A DNA stretch of 64,000 nt, from NCBI GenBank assembly GCA_964199315.1, contig OZ116704.1, positions 2,480,001 through 2,544,000 of the forward strand. The letters are read 5' to 3'. Position 1 is the first letter of the stretch, and every line of letters starts with the position of its first letter. The position numbers were made by a program, and so were the translations under genes. Origin of the DNA: Orbicella franksi (Eukaryota). This document shows positions 49,101 through 62,736 of this stretch, one piece after another. The notes beneath the pieces are model-generated. The model saw only the letters and a list, made by a program, of their open reading frames with translations. It searched no databases and was not told the DNA's origin.

Positions 49101-51326
49101 TGATTGTTTCCTTTCCCCAAGGTTAACCCGAATATTGTTCCCCTAAATTGACAGCAACAAGAAATGCAATTGTGTCTAAACCCCCGAGTTTCTACACTAC
49201 TGCCACAAAGGCACAGTTCAGGCATCTCTGGTAAAAAATATTACAACAACTGATCGCTTGATAAAGCATTAGCTACACAATCAATGTAGCCAGTCACTTA
49301 GCTGGCTTGACTTGTCTTGGAAAACAGTTCTATGTCCTACTACGATAAGGACAGGATGAAGGAGAATTTTGTGAGCTAACAAATCAAGACAGTCCTGTTT
49401 GAAGCCTACACTCATTTGTATCAAACTTCAAAAATATTTGACCTAATATCAATCAATCTCTACCCAGTAACATTATCAACCTGTTCACCATAATGGAATG
49501 ACTACTTGAACCTCACTGCAATTAAAGAATCATGTGTACTAAAGGCATCTGTGGTTGGGTGTCGATCGATACCCTCAATCAATACTCTAGATCGACACTT
49601 GATCAACACTCCATTGAAAGCTCAGTTGACACTCGATCGACATCTCATTCGACAGTTGATCGGCAGTCAACTAATTTTTGATCAATGCATATGAACTTGT
49701 CAGTCGACACTCGGCCAACTATGGACCGGCTGTTGATCAAGTGTTGATCGAGTGTTGACCGAGTATAGATCGGGATGTCGATCAAGTATCCATCACGATG
49801 ACGATCAAGGGAAGCAATTGAGAGTATCAATCGATCAGATGCCTTTAGTACAATGTACACATGATCCCAATTAAACGCTGAATATACAGTCACACATTAC
49901 TTTTGTTTAATTACCTGGGCCCTGAGCTCAGATGGAACTCCCTTCCTGACGAACCTCTTGACTGAGAGTTGACAAAGCAGAGAATAACACTTCAGAAAAA
50001 CCACATCAAGTGGAGTCAATGGCTCAAGTGTTACTGTTAAGGGTTCAGCAATGCACATACGGAAATTACAGTAATACAGAGGGTCACAAAATCCTACTGA
50101 CAATACAAAATGTACATGTACATGTAGATATCAAGAGTAACATATTGGCCTGCATCAATATTCGATGGACATTTTTTCATCATGTTTAATTAAGCATCAG
50201 TATTACAATGTTGTTTTACCTCGTCTTGATTTCCTCACTTTATTTACGCCCCTCAGGAAGCTGTCCCACCTTGAAGCTCTTCTAGCCAGGATCCTAATGT
50301 AACTTGACATAAATTCTTCATAGCTTGAATAATCAAAGTCATCAGGTCGATGGAAGCCATATTCATCTACTGGACTACGGTTGAAACATTTAAAAAAGCT
50401 TATGTTTGGTTTTCATGACACCAGTCAAATCAGGTTATGGCAATCTGGAATAAAATTTATATCCCAAATGCCTTTCATGTACTTGGATCTCTTTTAGTAC
50501 AGAGACGTACATGTACGTAGCGAAAGTTGGCTGGATTGACAGAGCCATGTCGATTTCAAACTACAGAGTGGTTTTCTATTGTTTAGTGTCATAACACCAA
50601 AGCCAAAGTAATCGCTCAGGCCAATATAACACGCAAAGGGCAAAGGATACACTCAATCCTGTCAACCTGTGCCAGATATTTTAGGCATAGGTTCAACTGT
50701 GGTGTTATTTATAGAAAAGCAAAAAAGACAAAGATTGACTACGGAGACCAGCCAATCACATTTTGTCATTTTAATAAAACTAATTCGATATATTAAGCTT
50801 AAATAAAGACCTAATTAAAATTCAAGCTTTCATCGAGGTACAATGCACTGCAAGCCTAATTTCATACTGCATATGATTAAGTTTAAATATAACATTTAAA
50901 GATTGCTGGTAAACCGCAAGCGTGTTTTTGTTCTTATCTTGTTTATTATGACCTGTACTAGATTGCCTGTGGTCTTCCCAGATACCCAACGACGGTCGAA
51001 CCTGAACTTGCACAACGACTAAACTGAATACATTAAGAATGAATTGAATAAGCCTTAGTTGGAATGAAGAAAGCAGTTCAGGCCAAACAAAGTATTACGT
51101 TTTAAAAGTATATTTTTTGCAGAACATATAAAGCTTCAGTAAGGTTATCACAATGTCTTCTAACCCTTGGTTACGCTGTAATAAACTAAGTAAAAATCAT
51201 GGTTACTCGAGCGAGATTGTGAGTGTCGAAAGCAAGCAATTCATTCCGCTTGCAGAGGGAGGAACCAAACAAATTGTCTACCAAGGGAGGTCAGTTGCCG
51301 TGGAAATACCTTTGAATCGTGGACAT
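43128..51326 (-). CDS. GRTP1: Growth hormone-regulated TBC protein 1 (TBC1D6), Rab GTPase-activating protein, 11 exons
   Basis: Exons (minus): 51310-51326, 50220-50374, 49915-49961, 48713-48827, 48467-48588, 47428-47524, 47149-47212, 46010-46118, 45530-45667, 44023-44070, 43128-43238; all GT-AG with matching phases. Protein reads MSTIQSPVDEYGFHRPDDFDY..VKRFVRKGVPSELRAQVW..IQTDIDRTFP (Arg finger)..IGYCQGLNYIAG (Gln finger)..KWFICLYIDVLPVETVLRIWDCLFYEGSKVILRVAL..RQPRT*. Confidence 0.93.
44408..45198. mobile_element. ~790-bp MITE, TTAA TSD, copy 2 (in GRTP1 intron 9, nested in an older repeat)
   Basis: TTAA|GGACCCATTAAC ... GTTAATGGGCCC|TTAA. The flanks rejoin to a host repeat (..CAGCATTAAATGACCAAATTCTGC..) similar to ~42450-42480. 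Confidence 0.88.
47569..47936. mobile_element. MITE-like repeat with AATAAGCACCC subterminal repeats
   Basis: Ends ATGATTCGATTTAGCACC / GGCACTAAATCAAATCAT. Confidence 0.6.
49540..49848. mobile_element. TA-flanked MITE with GTCGATCGA-rich interior
   Basis: TA|CTAAAGGCATC ... GATGCCTTTAG|TA. Confidence 0.75.
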
Positions 51327-51875
51327 ATCTGCTATGTCTTATCAAAGAGCATTCTCAGTGGGCTCCGCGCTAAAGAGAACCATGCAAACTATGCATTTGG
51401 AAGGTTGGTTTCCTCCCGAGTGGTGTCAATCGTACTCCTTCGCAGACGGGACAGGAAAAATATCCGGTGTTGGTGTTCTATCAGCTCTGATGATTGGCTG
51501 ACTCTCCTATGACCAATCAAAACATGTGTTATATCATATTTCCAAACAACTCCTTTCAAATGGCCAGGTCTTTCAGGTCGTCATTTTTTCTGCGTTTTAC
51601 TCCGTTTTGCTTCTGGGTTCATGACTGTCATTACTGTCGTGAATTTTTTTTTTCGCTGTGAAAACGTACTTTGGGAAGCTGCTAATTTTTTTGCCTTGCA
51701 GTACCAAAAATTAACCAATCAAATTACGTCTTCTATTGTTGATCTCCAGATGGAAGCGAGGCGTTCTGGGTAGAGGCGAGGTTCCAATATGGCTGCAATT
51801 TTTTTTTTTGCAATGACCTGACAGACTTATTACAATTCGGTGGTTCGACTTCGTTTGCGTCTGCAATACGGAAAG
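51327..51875. promoter_or_regulatory. Putative bidirectional promoter shared by GRTP1 and WDR44
   Basis: Divergent ATGs at 51326 (-) and 51876 (+). CCAAT boxes in both orientations (ATTGG ~51494, CCAATCA ~51514 and ~51715) and a YY1-like AATATGGCTGC at ~51786. Transcription start sites are not determinable. Confidence 0.65.
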
Positions 51876-54800
51876 ATGCAGAGTGAGAGTGATTCTGATA
51901 ACGAATTCTTCGATGCTCCCGAGAAGCTGTCTTTATCTGGGTCTTTCACGTCAGATTTAAGGTGTGTACCAATTTCATTCCGACCTCTGCTCTTGTTCGA
52001 AAAGTGCCTCGTATGAACGTCGTTTGGTGTAAATATTTTATTTTTTCCCCTCACTCATGTAGTTATTCTATCTGTACATGTTACGCTTGGCAAATTTCAA
52101 CTGAACAATAGAATTTTACGTTAGTTTAATTTTTATATATCTGATTATCGAGCAATTCTTCCTCTCAAAACCACGATTATTTCATCCCGCTTCCACAGGG
52201 ACTTTTCATTTTCTAAAAGCTTGAGCTTATTTAAAGTTATTTCAATTTTTGTTAACTAGCTTGTGGTTTATTGTCTTTTTTTCTTTTTTTCAGCGCACAG
52301 CACGATGTAAACATTGCACAAAAGGTAGTTTCTGGTTTTGTTTTCATGCTTTTTGTATTCGCACAGTCAGCATTTGACAAGTTGGCGAGCAACTTATGTA
52401 ATTCTGTGCAATTTCATCGCTCTTTAAACGAAATAAAAACCACTTGTCACAACTGACTCAAAACAATTAGCAGTGTATAAACTTTCCTTAAAATCTTAAC
52501 GAGAGCTGCCACTCAACTCTAACTTCCAGGTTTAATTTTTCTTGTCAGTAGCAGTTAATTGGAATGACTCTGTTTTTGACTGCAGTACAAGGCACTTGAA
52601 AAGTGGCGCACATATATTATTACCACTATACATGGTTGTGATGTAAGCATATGTGCAAGAATGTACCAATACATGTGGAAATATGGAAAATCAATAGAGC
52701 ATCTTGGCAGGAATATAATATTTTGACGTTAAAGGTAGTTTTACATTTTGCCCAAAAATGCAGAAATTTTGGTTGAATGCCAAATGGAACAGTTATTTTT
52801 CCAGAAAAATGCATTCAGAAATTATAGACCTCCTACAGGGATTGTCCTCTGAAGGTAAATGACTTGTTGAACCCCAATACACTGTATGTTGTTTTGAAGG
52901 CATTGAACAAACATGTTCTTGATTGTTGCAATAAAATTCTCACTTGCAATTGTTATTACCAACTAAATTTTAATAGGTATTTGGTTTTCTGAATTGTTGT
53001 TGTCTATTTGATGTAGTAATTAATTTTATTTGTCTCTTGACTGATTTTGAAGATCTAAATAAAACTCTAAGAAATGTTTAAGTTAGCTTTGACGTAATTG
53101 AGCAATCTTTCTTGATGTTTCTATTCACTAGAAATGGTAATTTCATTCAAACTTAGCACCAAAAGGCTTCTAAGAGGTATTTCTGTGACTGATCTTTTAT
53201 TGACTTATTGTAGGACATTGTGGATGGACCTCCTGAGAGTGGTACAATTGACACTTCTTCTGGAGACCAACCTGAACTTCCAAGTGAAGAATTAAATCAG
53301 TCGACAGCTTCTGAAGTCAATAAAACAAACAAGACTGACATTGTCAAGACTCGTGGAGAAAGTACAGCTTTGAATAATACAGCTGATGATTTACAAGAAA
53401 AACAAGAATCAGGCATTTCTTCTTTAGCCAATGACAGTGAATCCAAATTTGTTCATGAAAATCATGCTACTGACAGCAGCAGCATGTTTCAGGCTCATTC
53501 AGGAGAAAGCGAGTCGAAAGTTAGTGATGCAGATTTGAAAACTGACAGAGAAATAGAAGTTGAGCAACATCATAACTGTGAGAAAAAGACAGATTTGACA
53601 ATGCCCAAAACAGATGCTAGTCAGATTATTGCTGATGTTGTTGAAAGCATAGAGCAAGAAAGTACTCCTCCAGTGGCTCCACCTAGAAGGCGGAAAAGGA
53701 AAAAGAAAGCTGAAGGAGAATTACAGGTTAGTAGTCATGTGGTACATGTAAGATTCATGCAGTTACTCGGGTCAAAGTGGCCCATACTGCTTGCTATTAT
53801 TAAAATCTTAGTTTCTGTGACATCAAAGATCTACAATCATTATGTAGGTGTGTCTTCTGCTACCACTTGACCAGATGAGCTGCTAATCAATTGTATATTA
53901 CCACCCTCAAGTGACAGTGCTGTTAGGTTACCCAAACAGTTTGCCAGCTCCTGTTTACAGTGATAAGTAGGAAAAGACAATGATATGTGAGAACACATAA
54001 CAATGCAGGGCAAATTTAGGGTGGTGTAGCAGCCCTCGTAAGGTCTCACATGAATGGCTTGCTGCCCTTTGAGAGAACAATAGAACAAACAACCGAAACA
54101 ATGCCCCTAGCCCTAAAACAATAACAGCTGCTAACAATGAAGAGAATTACAAGCTTACGAGAGCTGCCACACTTCTGCAAATTTAGGGGAGGAGGCGAAG
54201 GGGGCTGCAGCCCCCCTTATTCATTTATTGTTGAAATTCTATAAGCAGCTTCTCCAGGGAAAGTGAAGTTTTCATTTGGTTTTGGGTGGGGGGAGGGGGG
54301 GGGGGGGCTTGTACCCCTTCTGTCTGAATTTTCTGGATCTACCCCTGTAATAGCCCTAGTGTGCTTGATTAGGAATCCAATGCATCAACAATTTGACCAG
54401 AAGGTTGAAGATGTATTGGGACAAATTTTACCAACTGTTTAGGTTAAAAGTACATGCAGTTATGAAACCAAAATACAAAGCATACACTGTCCTTAGAACT
54501 TTCAGGAAATGGCCTGAAAGGTGTCTTCTTTATAATCTCGTTTGTTGTTCCATTTAGACACCAGGATCACCGACACCTTCAGAAAGTCCTGGACCAGATT
54601 CAGCTGTTACAACACCAACTGAACAAGCAGCAGCAAGTCCAGTGGAAGCTTTTGCTCAGGCAGCAGCACTTTCCAATGAACAGGAAAACGCACCCAAAGA
54701 ACTTGAATCACAATCAAACGATATTCATGAAGACGATCCCAGCATTCATGTTGATGCAAATAACAAAGAAATGAAGACTGTGTTAGAAAAAGCAAGTTCT

Positions 54801-57800
54801 ACGGAAGTTATATCGGCATTAAATTTAGATTCTAGACTTAAGTCAGGCAGTGTTGTCTCCCTTGGTAGCACAAGATCAGGAAGTTATGGTAGTGTGGCAA
54901 GCGGTATATCAAATGGTATTTTGGAGAATTCTGCAGGTTCGTTTACTTCTGTTGCTAGTTCATTCTCGCAGCATCAGCCGTATGGATCTCACCATGGATT
55001 GGTACGATACAGGTCAGCTTCTGGAAGACCCCTGTCTGATATTGTGAGTATATTATGAGATACTGTGAGTATATTGTGAGATATTGTGAGGATATTGTGA
55101 GATATTGTTGATGAGATCAACATATCAAGTAGATCATTATTTTTTTGTTATTTAATTTATTTTCCATGCAAATTTACATTCAAGGTATACTGAGACAGTG
55201 TTTACTTGAATGACTCAACTAAAAAAGTTTGTGTCAGTTCTTTTAATATTTTTTTATTATTCATTTATTTATATTTATTAAGTTCATTTGATAAAGTACA
55301 TGTAAGTGTTCTATTGACCTAAGAGGGGGTTTCTGTTGTTTAATTTGCAATATTTAAAAATGAAGCTTGTTATAATTATTTTTTGCCATATACATATAAT
55401 GTTTAGTTTGAGTGTTATGGAGAATACATTGTTCACTCTTTAATTGGTAGGCCATTGCATTGATATCATTGTTATTATGTGACATGGAGCTTGGGGAAAG
55501 CACATTGAAACCTCAGAGTTCTTAACTGAGGTTTCCTTTCAAAAGCTTCAGGTCAGGAGCACGGATGTGTAATGAGACCTTGCAGTTATAAAATAGAGAT
55601 GTTAATCATCTGTGGTATTTTTGGCATTGCAAAAGTGAAAAATATGTGTGCAATACCTCTACACAGCCATGTGGATAGCTTGTGGACAACTATTTTGACC
55701 CTCTTAGGTGATGTTAACACAGCTTTTGTATGACTGTTGCAGGAAATTTTGGAGCAAGTTATGGTAAAGAACCTTGACACAGGAGAAGCTGTACCCCTAA
55801 GTGTTGCAGAGGAAAAATTGCCAAAATGTACCAACCCTCTAGCCTTACAGATCATGATATTAACATCTGAGTATTCAAGGTAAACCAATATAATCTTATT
55901 AACCTGAATAACTGAGTAATTAAAATAAATGCTGTTGGGAAAAATTAATCATCTTCCTTTAACTACATACCGCCATGTAGTATAATAAATAAATCATCAC
56001 AGTATGTGGATCCAAATTGTTGCCATTTTCAATAATAAACAGCAATTTCATTTTAATCTTTAGTTTGAGAGCATTCATTCCTAATTCTCCGCTAGCCAGG
56101 AGTTTCATTACGGGCTGGGCACTGGGCAAATTGACTGGCTGTGAGCAAGATTTTGCTTGCCTGGTTTGACCAGCTAGAGGAAAGTTTTTCTCATAAAGAA
56201 GTTTACTTCTAAAACTTTTGCCCATCTGTGAAAACTAGTTGCCCTCCTGCCAAAAATGTCAATGAAACCTCTACAGCTAGAGCTAGAAAGATTCTTGAGA
56301 TATTTACTAAATTTACTGTTTATAATTCATTTTTAGCAATCCAGACCTTGCAAACCAAGATCATGAAGATGGACTTGAACGGAAAGTTTCAAAGAAAACG
56401 TAGAGCATAAAAATGTCTTTTTGTTGTTTAAATCAATGGTCAATATGTGGATTTTGGAATTTTTTTTTTCTGTTCTTATAATGTGCTTCATTTCCTGTGA
56501 CCTGTTTTTTTATAGGAAAAAGCTGAAGAAATTTTTTGGTAAAAAAGTGAAAAAGCCAGACAAAGCTGCAAAAGGTTGGTTTGATCAGTGAAACTGTATA
56601 CCCTGAGATAGTAACTTTGCATAGCATACTCACTCAGTCCTCTTCATGTCACATGGGTTATACAACTTACACCATCCAAACTGCTCTTATTTCTCTCTTG
56701 ATTGGGAAGCAAGACAAGGCAAAGGCATTATTTATATTGATACATGTATGCTTGTTGTTAAGTATTATGTACACACCTTTAATAGATTTGGGGTTAGACT
56801 GTTAAAAGGGAGTGTGAATTACGAAGAAGGTAAACCTCTATCCCTGTTAAAGATTTTTTACTCAGACTTGCTAAATGAACGCTTTTAATTTTGTGTGTAA
56901 TATTTTTTAGTGCGTAAAGATGACAGTTCTTCAAGTGATGAAGAAACTCCTCAGGATTCTCATACCCCTCTCATCAAGGTAAGTCCCAGCTCTCATTTCT
57001 GATTTACCACACACCTGTGTTTATGGTTGTAGCTCTGAAAATTTGGTAGTAATTCAAAATGTCTCTTGTTAATGACTTTATTGGCTGTCGAATAGTCTAT
57101 ATACACTGCAAGAAATGTCTTTAGCATAGTCTTTTACCCCCTTTCTTTTCCCCTACCTACTCTCTACTAACCACACCTTTGTCCATCTTGGCTGAAATGA
57201 GGTATCCCTACCTTTTCCACCCTGCAGTAACAGTGCTTTCATCTTAATTGTTATCAGATCAAGTCTGGCCATGGAAAAGGTCCCGCTGAGTTTGAGAAGC
57301 TGCGAATTTTACAGGATCTTAGTGGAGAACATGTGGTATGTACATCTGATCAGAGTCACTAATACATACATGTACCCAATTGAAATCCAAACCCAACACT
57401 CAATAAATGTTGGTTACCCTTTCCTCTCCTTCCCTCTCAAATCAAATTATCAGTCCAAACTTTTCACTGTCCTCAATCTGAAATAATAACAAGTAAAAAA
57501 TGCATCTAATTAGTATCCAGGCCTTGCCTACACCTAACCACCAGACCCAGGCCATCCTCTGGACTTAATTTGAGCTAAATCTTGCAATCTATTTTTGTTT
57601 AGGGAGCTGTTTGGACAATAAAATTCACTCTTTGTGGCAGACTCATGGTGGGTGTACTATTGATACATGTTTGTTTTTGGCAGTTGTTCACAAGTATTCT
57701 TTCCTGTCCACTTAGATGAAATACTTTTCTTTTATCTCACAGGCTACGGCTGGCCAGGATCACATGGTGGTGCGTAGATTAGAGTCTTGTTTATTCAACA

Positions 57801-60800
57801 AGTGACTTAATGATTTAATGTGTCACCTTGCAAAAAAAAAAAAAAAAAAAAACCTAACTTGTACTTAAATGTACATCCGTAACCTGGTCTCCATTTTGTG
57901 TTGATTTGCAGCGAGTTTGGGTACTCAAAGAATCCCAGAGTTATTTTGAAGAAATGAGAGCAAAATACTCTAAAACAGGTGAGAATTCAATCTTTAAATA
58001 AAGTTTTTTACATGTAATGTCACACCCATTGTACATGAAAACTCCTCTTAATAATGTTGCAGGCTGAGGAAGGTTGACGAGTGTGCTTTCAGAATGGGTC
58101 ATTGTTATGGCACCAAACCCTTCAAATTAAAATTTAAATATTCCTTGATAAAAACAATTAATTTTGATGTGCTCTTTGATACTACAGACCATTTCATTTG
58201 GTGTCTTTTTATTTCTAGACTGTGTTAAGGATATTGAAGGTGCATACCTTTTTTAGAAAAGTCTCAGACAGCATTTGTAATCTTTGTTTCAAATGTTTTA
58301 AAATTTTACTATGTTGTCCTTCAAGGTGACAATTCATCATCTGACCGTGACAAAAACTCAGATGAGTTTTCAGAAATGGAGGGAACATTAAAATCCAATG
58401 AAGAAAACACAGGAGATACAGTTGAGGACAAAACAGAAAACAGTGAGGATAGTGAGGTTAGTCATGGTGTCTTAATCCTACTCAGACTGGAGGGGGCAGT
58501 GATCTGGCCATGCTGAGTGAACTCAAAGACATTTCTCTTTGAAGAACTTAACTTGCTTACTTTCAGTCTGAAGTCACATGTATGGTAATCTACATCACAG
58601 CTCTGAACTGAGATTAGACTAATGCAAAAATTAATGGTGAAACAAAATGGCAGCAAATTTGAATGTTTTTGAAAATTTAGTAATTTTTTAAAATCATGTT
58701 CCTTGGTGCAATATGTAGATTCAAGTTACACAATAAAGTAAAAAATAGGCATGGCCAATTTACGTATGTTAGTAAAATAATGAAAAAATAATGGTGAAAA
58801 GATTTTCTACACATGTATGATCACAACTGGTGAACTGTTTCAAGGTGTGCACTTTAACCTGTCTTTCAGGAGCCAGCTGCCCCTGTTGATGAGGACTTGG
58901 GCCCTTATATGAAAACACCTCTGTGTACCTACTGTGGGCACACTGGGGATGTGCTGGACTTGTCTTGGTCCAAGGTATGAAAGCTAAAATTGTCTGTAGT
59001 TGTAATGTAGGTCCCTGATGCAGAATTCTCATATTTGGTCATATATCTTGTTTGGTAGAATTATTTCCTGCTGTCCTCCTCAATGGATAAGACTGTAAGG
59101 TATTGCTGTGTGATTATATTTTAATGTACAGTAACTGATTTGTCTAGTTATTTCATGCACTGGAAAGTGCTTTTGTGGAGAACAACTCAGTTTTGGTGTT
59201 TGTGGTACTCTCACATGTGGTATTATACAAGTTAAGTGACATCTGAACTTTGTTACCTCCCTTTTTTAAAACATCTGAGTCAACACATTCTCTAGTCTAC
59301 TATCAAGTAGCAGATGCAATTTTTAACATTTTTTATTCGATCCTTTCAAATTTTACTAAAGTGGATTTTAATTTTATTTTTTATGATTGTATATGTTGTA
59401 GAGTGCATTTGATTATATAATTATATATGTTAATTTGCACTATGAAAATATTAAATATTATTATTATTATTATTTCCTAAGGAGTATTTGTTTTAAATCT
59501 ATCAAGTCCTTCGTTCTTGAATTGTTTATGGAATAGTCAAGACGACTTAGGAACTAACAACTTGCTTGAATTTTGCTGCAGGTTGTGGCATATCTCTAGA
59601 TCTGAATGTCTGTGCTGTTTTCAGCATATCGACTTTGTTACAGCTATTTGTTTCCATCCCAGGGTAAGTCATTAATCCTACTTACAGCTGGTACAATGAT
59701 GCAAAGATTCAAAGTGATTTCAGTTCTCACTGTAACTTTCTGACACCTTATATTGATTTTAGTTTGCAGTGGCATTGGGAAACCCTCTTCTTTTGTTTTT
59801 TTTAAATCTGTTAAGCCATGTACTTTTTCTTTTGAAAACAAAATAAAGAACCTGCTGGTGTGCAACACGATTTTATAAAATGAGGCTTACGTAGATATTA
59901 CCCCTTGAAAACGCATGGCCATGCAATGACATCAATGAAATCAGTCAATTAGACTATGAGCCCAAGTTTTCTATGAGTGAATGGTCAATGAGGTGTAGCT
60001 AAGTTGACTATAACTCATAGAAAGCAAGGAAAAGTAGTGTAATTGTTTCAGTAGACACTCCAAAGCAGTCCTACGATTTTGTGTATTTTCAAGCCTAAAA
60101 TTAGGAATAATTTTCTGTTTTAAGAGCAGCATGCATGATCAGTGTCTATCAGCAAATAGAAAACAATGAGAGAACCAATCTGATTCACCGATTTCCAATA
60201 GAACACAGCTGAGTGGCGACTAATTAATACTAAAAGTGCTATTGCAAACTGTGTGTAACACGAGCAATATCAAATAATTAGGTATGTTGTGTTTTGTGTC
60301 ACAGGATGATCGTTACTTCTTAAGTGGCTCACTTGATGGTAAAATCCGTCTGTGGAATATACCAGACAAGAAAGTGGCACTGTGGAATGAGCTTGAAGGA
60401 ACTGGTAAGTCTGTTTGATGTCTTCTGATGGCTTAATTACTCTGTGGTTTATGTGCAAAAGCCCAATTTTGATATATTAAAATTCAGCCTAAAACAACAG
60501 ACTTCAACACAAGGCTCCCGGGAATAAACCTCACAAACTCTGTAGCTATTCCCCAGAGCCTCATACTGAGGTCTATTGTTTTAGGCTGAATTTTAATATA
60601 TCGAAATTGGTCTATTACCGTGATGACAAGTATCTCTGTCATTTTGGGGAAATCTTCATAAAGCAATATTGTCAATAATTCTCTTACATGTAGTTGTAAA
60701 ATCAAGTGCAGTTGAATTCAGATTATTTTCTGGAACACTGAAGGGAAACAACAATTGTTCAAGATATTTAGGGGGAGTTGGGAGAAAATATTAGGAGTTA

Positions 60801-62736
60801 AAATTGCAAAACACACTTAAGGGAAACGACTTTTGGTATAAATATTGGAAGGTTTGAGAAATTGCAATTTTGCTGTAGTCAAATGACCACTTCTCCAAGA
60901 AAAGATCAGCAATTCAGCAGCAGTAATAATATAATAATATAATAATATACCTATCTTTTCATTTCTCGTAATAGGAAGTAACCTTATTACTGCAGCTAAT
61001 TTCTGTTTGAATGGCAAATTTGCTGTGGTCGGCACTTATGATGGACGATGCATCTTCTATGAAACCGAGGTGAGATGACTGAGGCTTTGCTTGTTTAAAT
61101 ATACTCTGGACATTCATTGGTCACGGGTGTGGACTGGTAATCCTGGGCCACACAATATTTCAAAGTATGCTAGCTTCTGGCTTCAAGCCCTGGCCGAGGT
61201 CAATGTGTTTTGCTCTTGGGTAAGACACTTTACCGTCAGGGTGTCTCTCTCTACCCAGAGATACAAGTGGCTACTTAATAGGCAACATGGTAGAAATCTC
61301 ATCCTCTAAATTATCTGTGGTTCGTATTCCTTTATGTCAGCAAGCCATAATTACATGCGAGGGAATCCACGTGTCTTTGCTCATTTAGTTCTGTTTTGTT
61401 TCATCAGCGACTCAAGTATCATACTCAATGGCAAGTACGGGCTGGACGAAACAAGAAGGCTCGCGGGCGCAAGATCAGCGGTATTGAACCCATGCCTGGA
61501 GAAGATAAGGTCACTGGACTATTAAGTCGAGTTTTTTATAAACTTGCCTTAAAATCGAGTTATTACTTCAGGTATACTTTAGGTGTGGATATTTTCTTGA
61601 AGTCATCGTGTTTTCCTGTTGCCTGTTTAGGTTCTGATCACGTCAAATGATTCTCGAATAAGACTTTATGATCTGAAGGACAATTCTCTAAACTGCAAGT
61701 ACAAAGGTTGCGTCAATTCCAGCAGTCAAATCAAAGCGAGCTTCAGGTGAGTAACAAGAAACTCTTTATCTTCTATCAGCAGTAATTGAAAAGTCCTTTC
61801 AAGGCAAATTTGATTTTTGTCAAAGGACCAGGAACAAGATTAAAGCAAATTAAGGGGCAAATTAAGTGTAGCGAGAATTAAAAAAGTAGTGATAATATTT
61901 TACAGCGTATCAGCATCAAAAGGGATGTATGGCGACCAGTAGACAGAAATCCTGACTTACTAAGTTTTTTTTTTTTACAGTCATGATGGTCAATATGTCA
62001 TCTGTGGTTCAGAGGATCATTTTGTCTACATTTGGAGAACTCAACACGGATTTCCTTCCTCGAGGAGAGACAAAAACGAGTTTTATGAGAGCTTTTCAGG
62101 TAAGACAAGAAATTGAAGACAAATCTCTCACCGTATGAAATTATGTGTCAGAAGAGAGTACCAACTTGAACACACGTGACCAGGGTCACAGTGATGAATT
62201 GATCAGAATAAGAAGCAACACACACAGTCGGTAGAGCCGGCTCTGGAGGATGTGTTAACGATGCCAGTCGTGGAAAATCAAGAACGGGAGAGCATGTAAA
62301 GGGTTGTAAGCATAGAAAAACATGTTACCTTTTGCTACAGCGCAGCGCCAGTTTAGAATGGTTGGCTATAAAAGCGAACCCCCTCCCACTCCTCCCAAAT
62401 TTTGAGGAAGCAGACACATTTATCATTTTCAACAGTTAAATCCCGTCTATCGCCTCTGTAAGGTGAATGAGCCACCATATTTCCTTCTTTTAAAGCTCAG
62501 ATTCGATTTCACGTACCAATTCTTAGTTTAAGGCATTAAATGGCGGTTACCTAGCTAAAACCAAATCACTTTTACTTTCTAATTTTCAAGCCCACGCGGT
62601 TGTGGTAACTGCAGCAATGTTCGCCCCAGTTCCCTGGCTAATTATTCCACCCGACTCAAGCTGTCAGCCATTCACCACAGAGGTTCTGGTTACCGCTGAC
62701 TGGAGCGGCGCCATCAAGTTATTCGTGAACAGATGA
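51876..62736 (+). CDS. WDR44: WD repeat-containing protein 44 (Rab11-binding protein), 22 exons
   Basis: Exons: 51876-51961, 52294-52324, 53214-53726, 54558-55043, 55743-55879, 56337-56399, 56516-56574, 56911-56978, 57258-57335, 57603-57647, 57743-57769, 57912-57978, 58326-58456, 58870-58974, 59059-59099, 59582-59663, 60305-60404, 60975-61069, 61408-61509, 61631-61746, 61981-62099, 62591-62736. Motifs: MQSESDSDNEFFDAPE (FFAT-like), [129 protein letters not shown]. Confidence 0.95.
55039..55110 (+). repeat. ~10-bp tandem repeat (ATATTGTGAG)n overlapping the WDR44 exon 4 donor
   Basis: GATATTGTGAGTATATTATGAGATACTGTGAGTATATTGTGAGATATTGTGAGGATATTGTGAGATATTG. Confidence 0.85.
61120..61275 (+). 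mobile_element. Degenerate tRNA-derived SINE fragment in a WDR44 intron
   Basis: TTCAAGCCCTGGCCGAGGTCAATGTGTT..CTTGGGTAAGACACTTTAC..TCTCTCTCTACCCAG, the same family as 16195-16460. Confidence 0.6.

Noticed and set aside
62150-62240. Alternative WDR44 terminal exon (EESTNLNTRDQG..HSR*)
   Set aside because: Phase-compatible, but the acceptor is weak, it would delete the last WD40 strands, and nothing else supports it.
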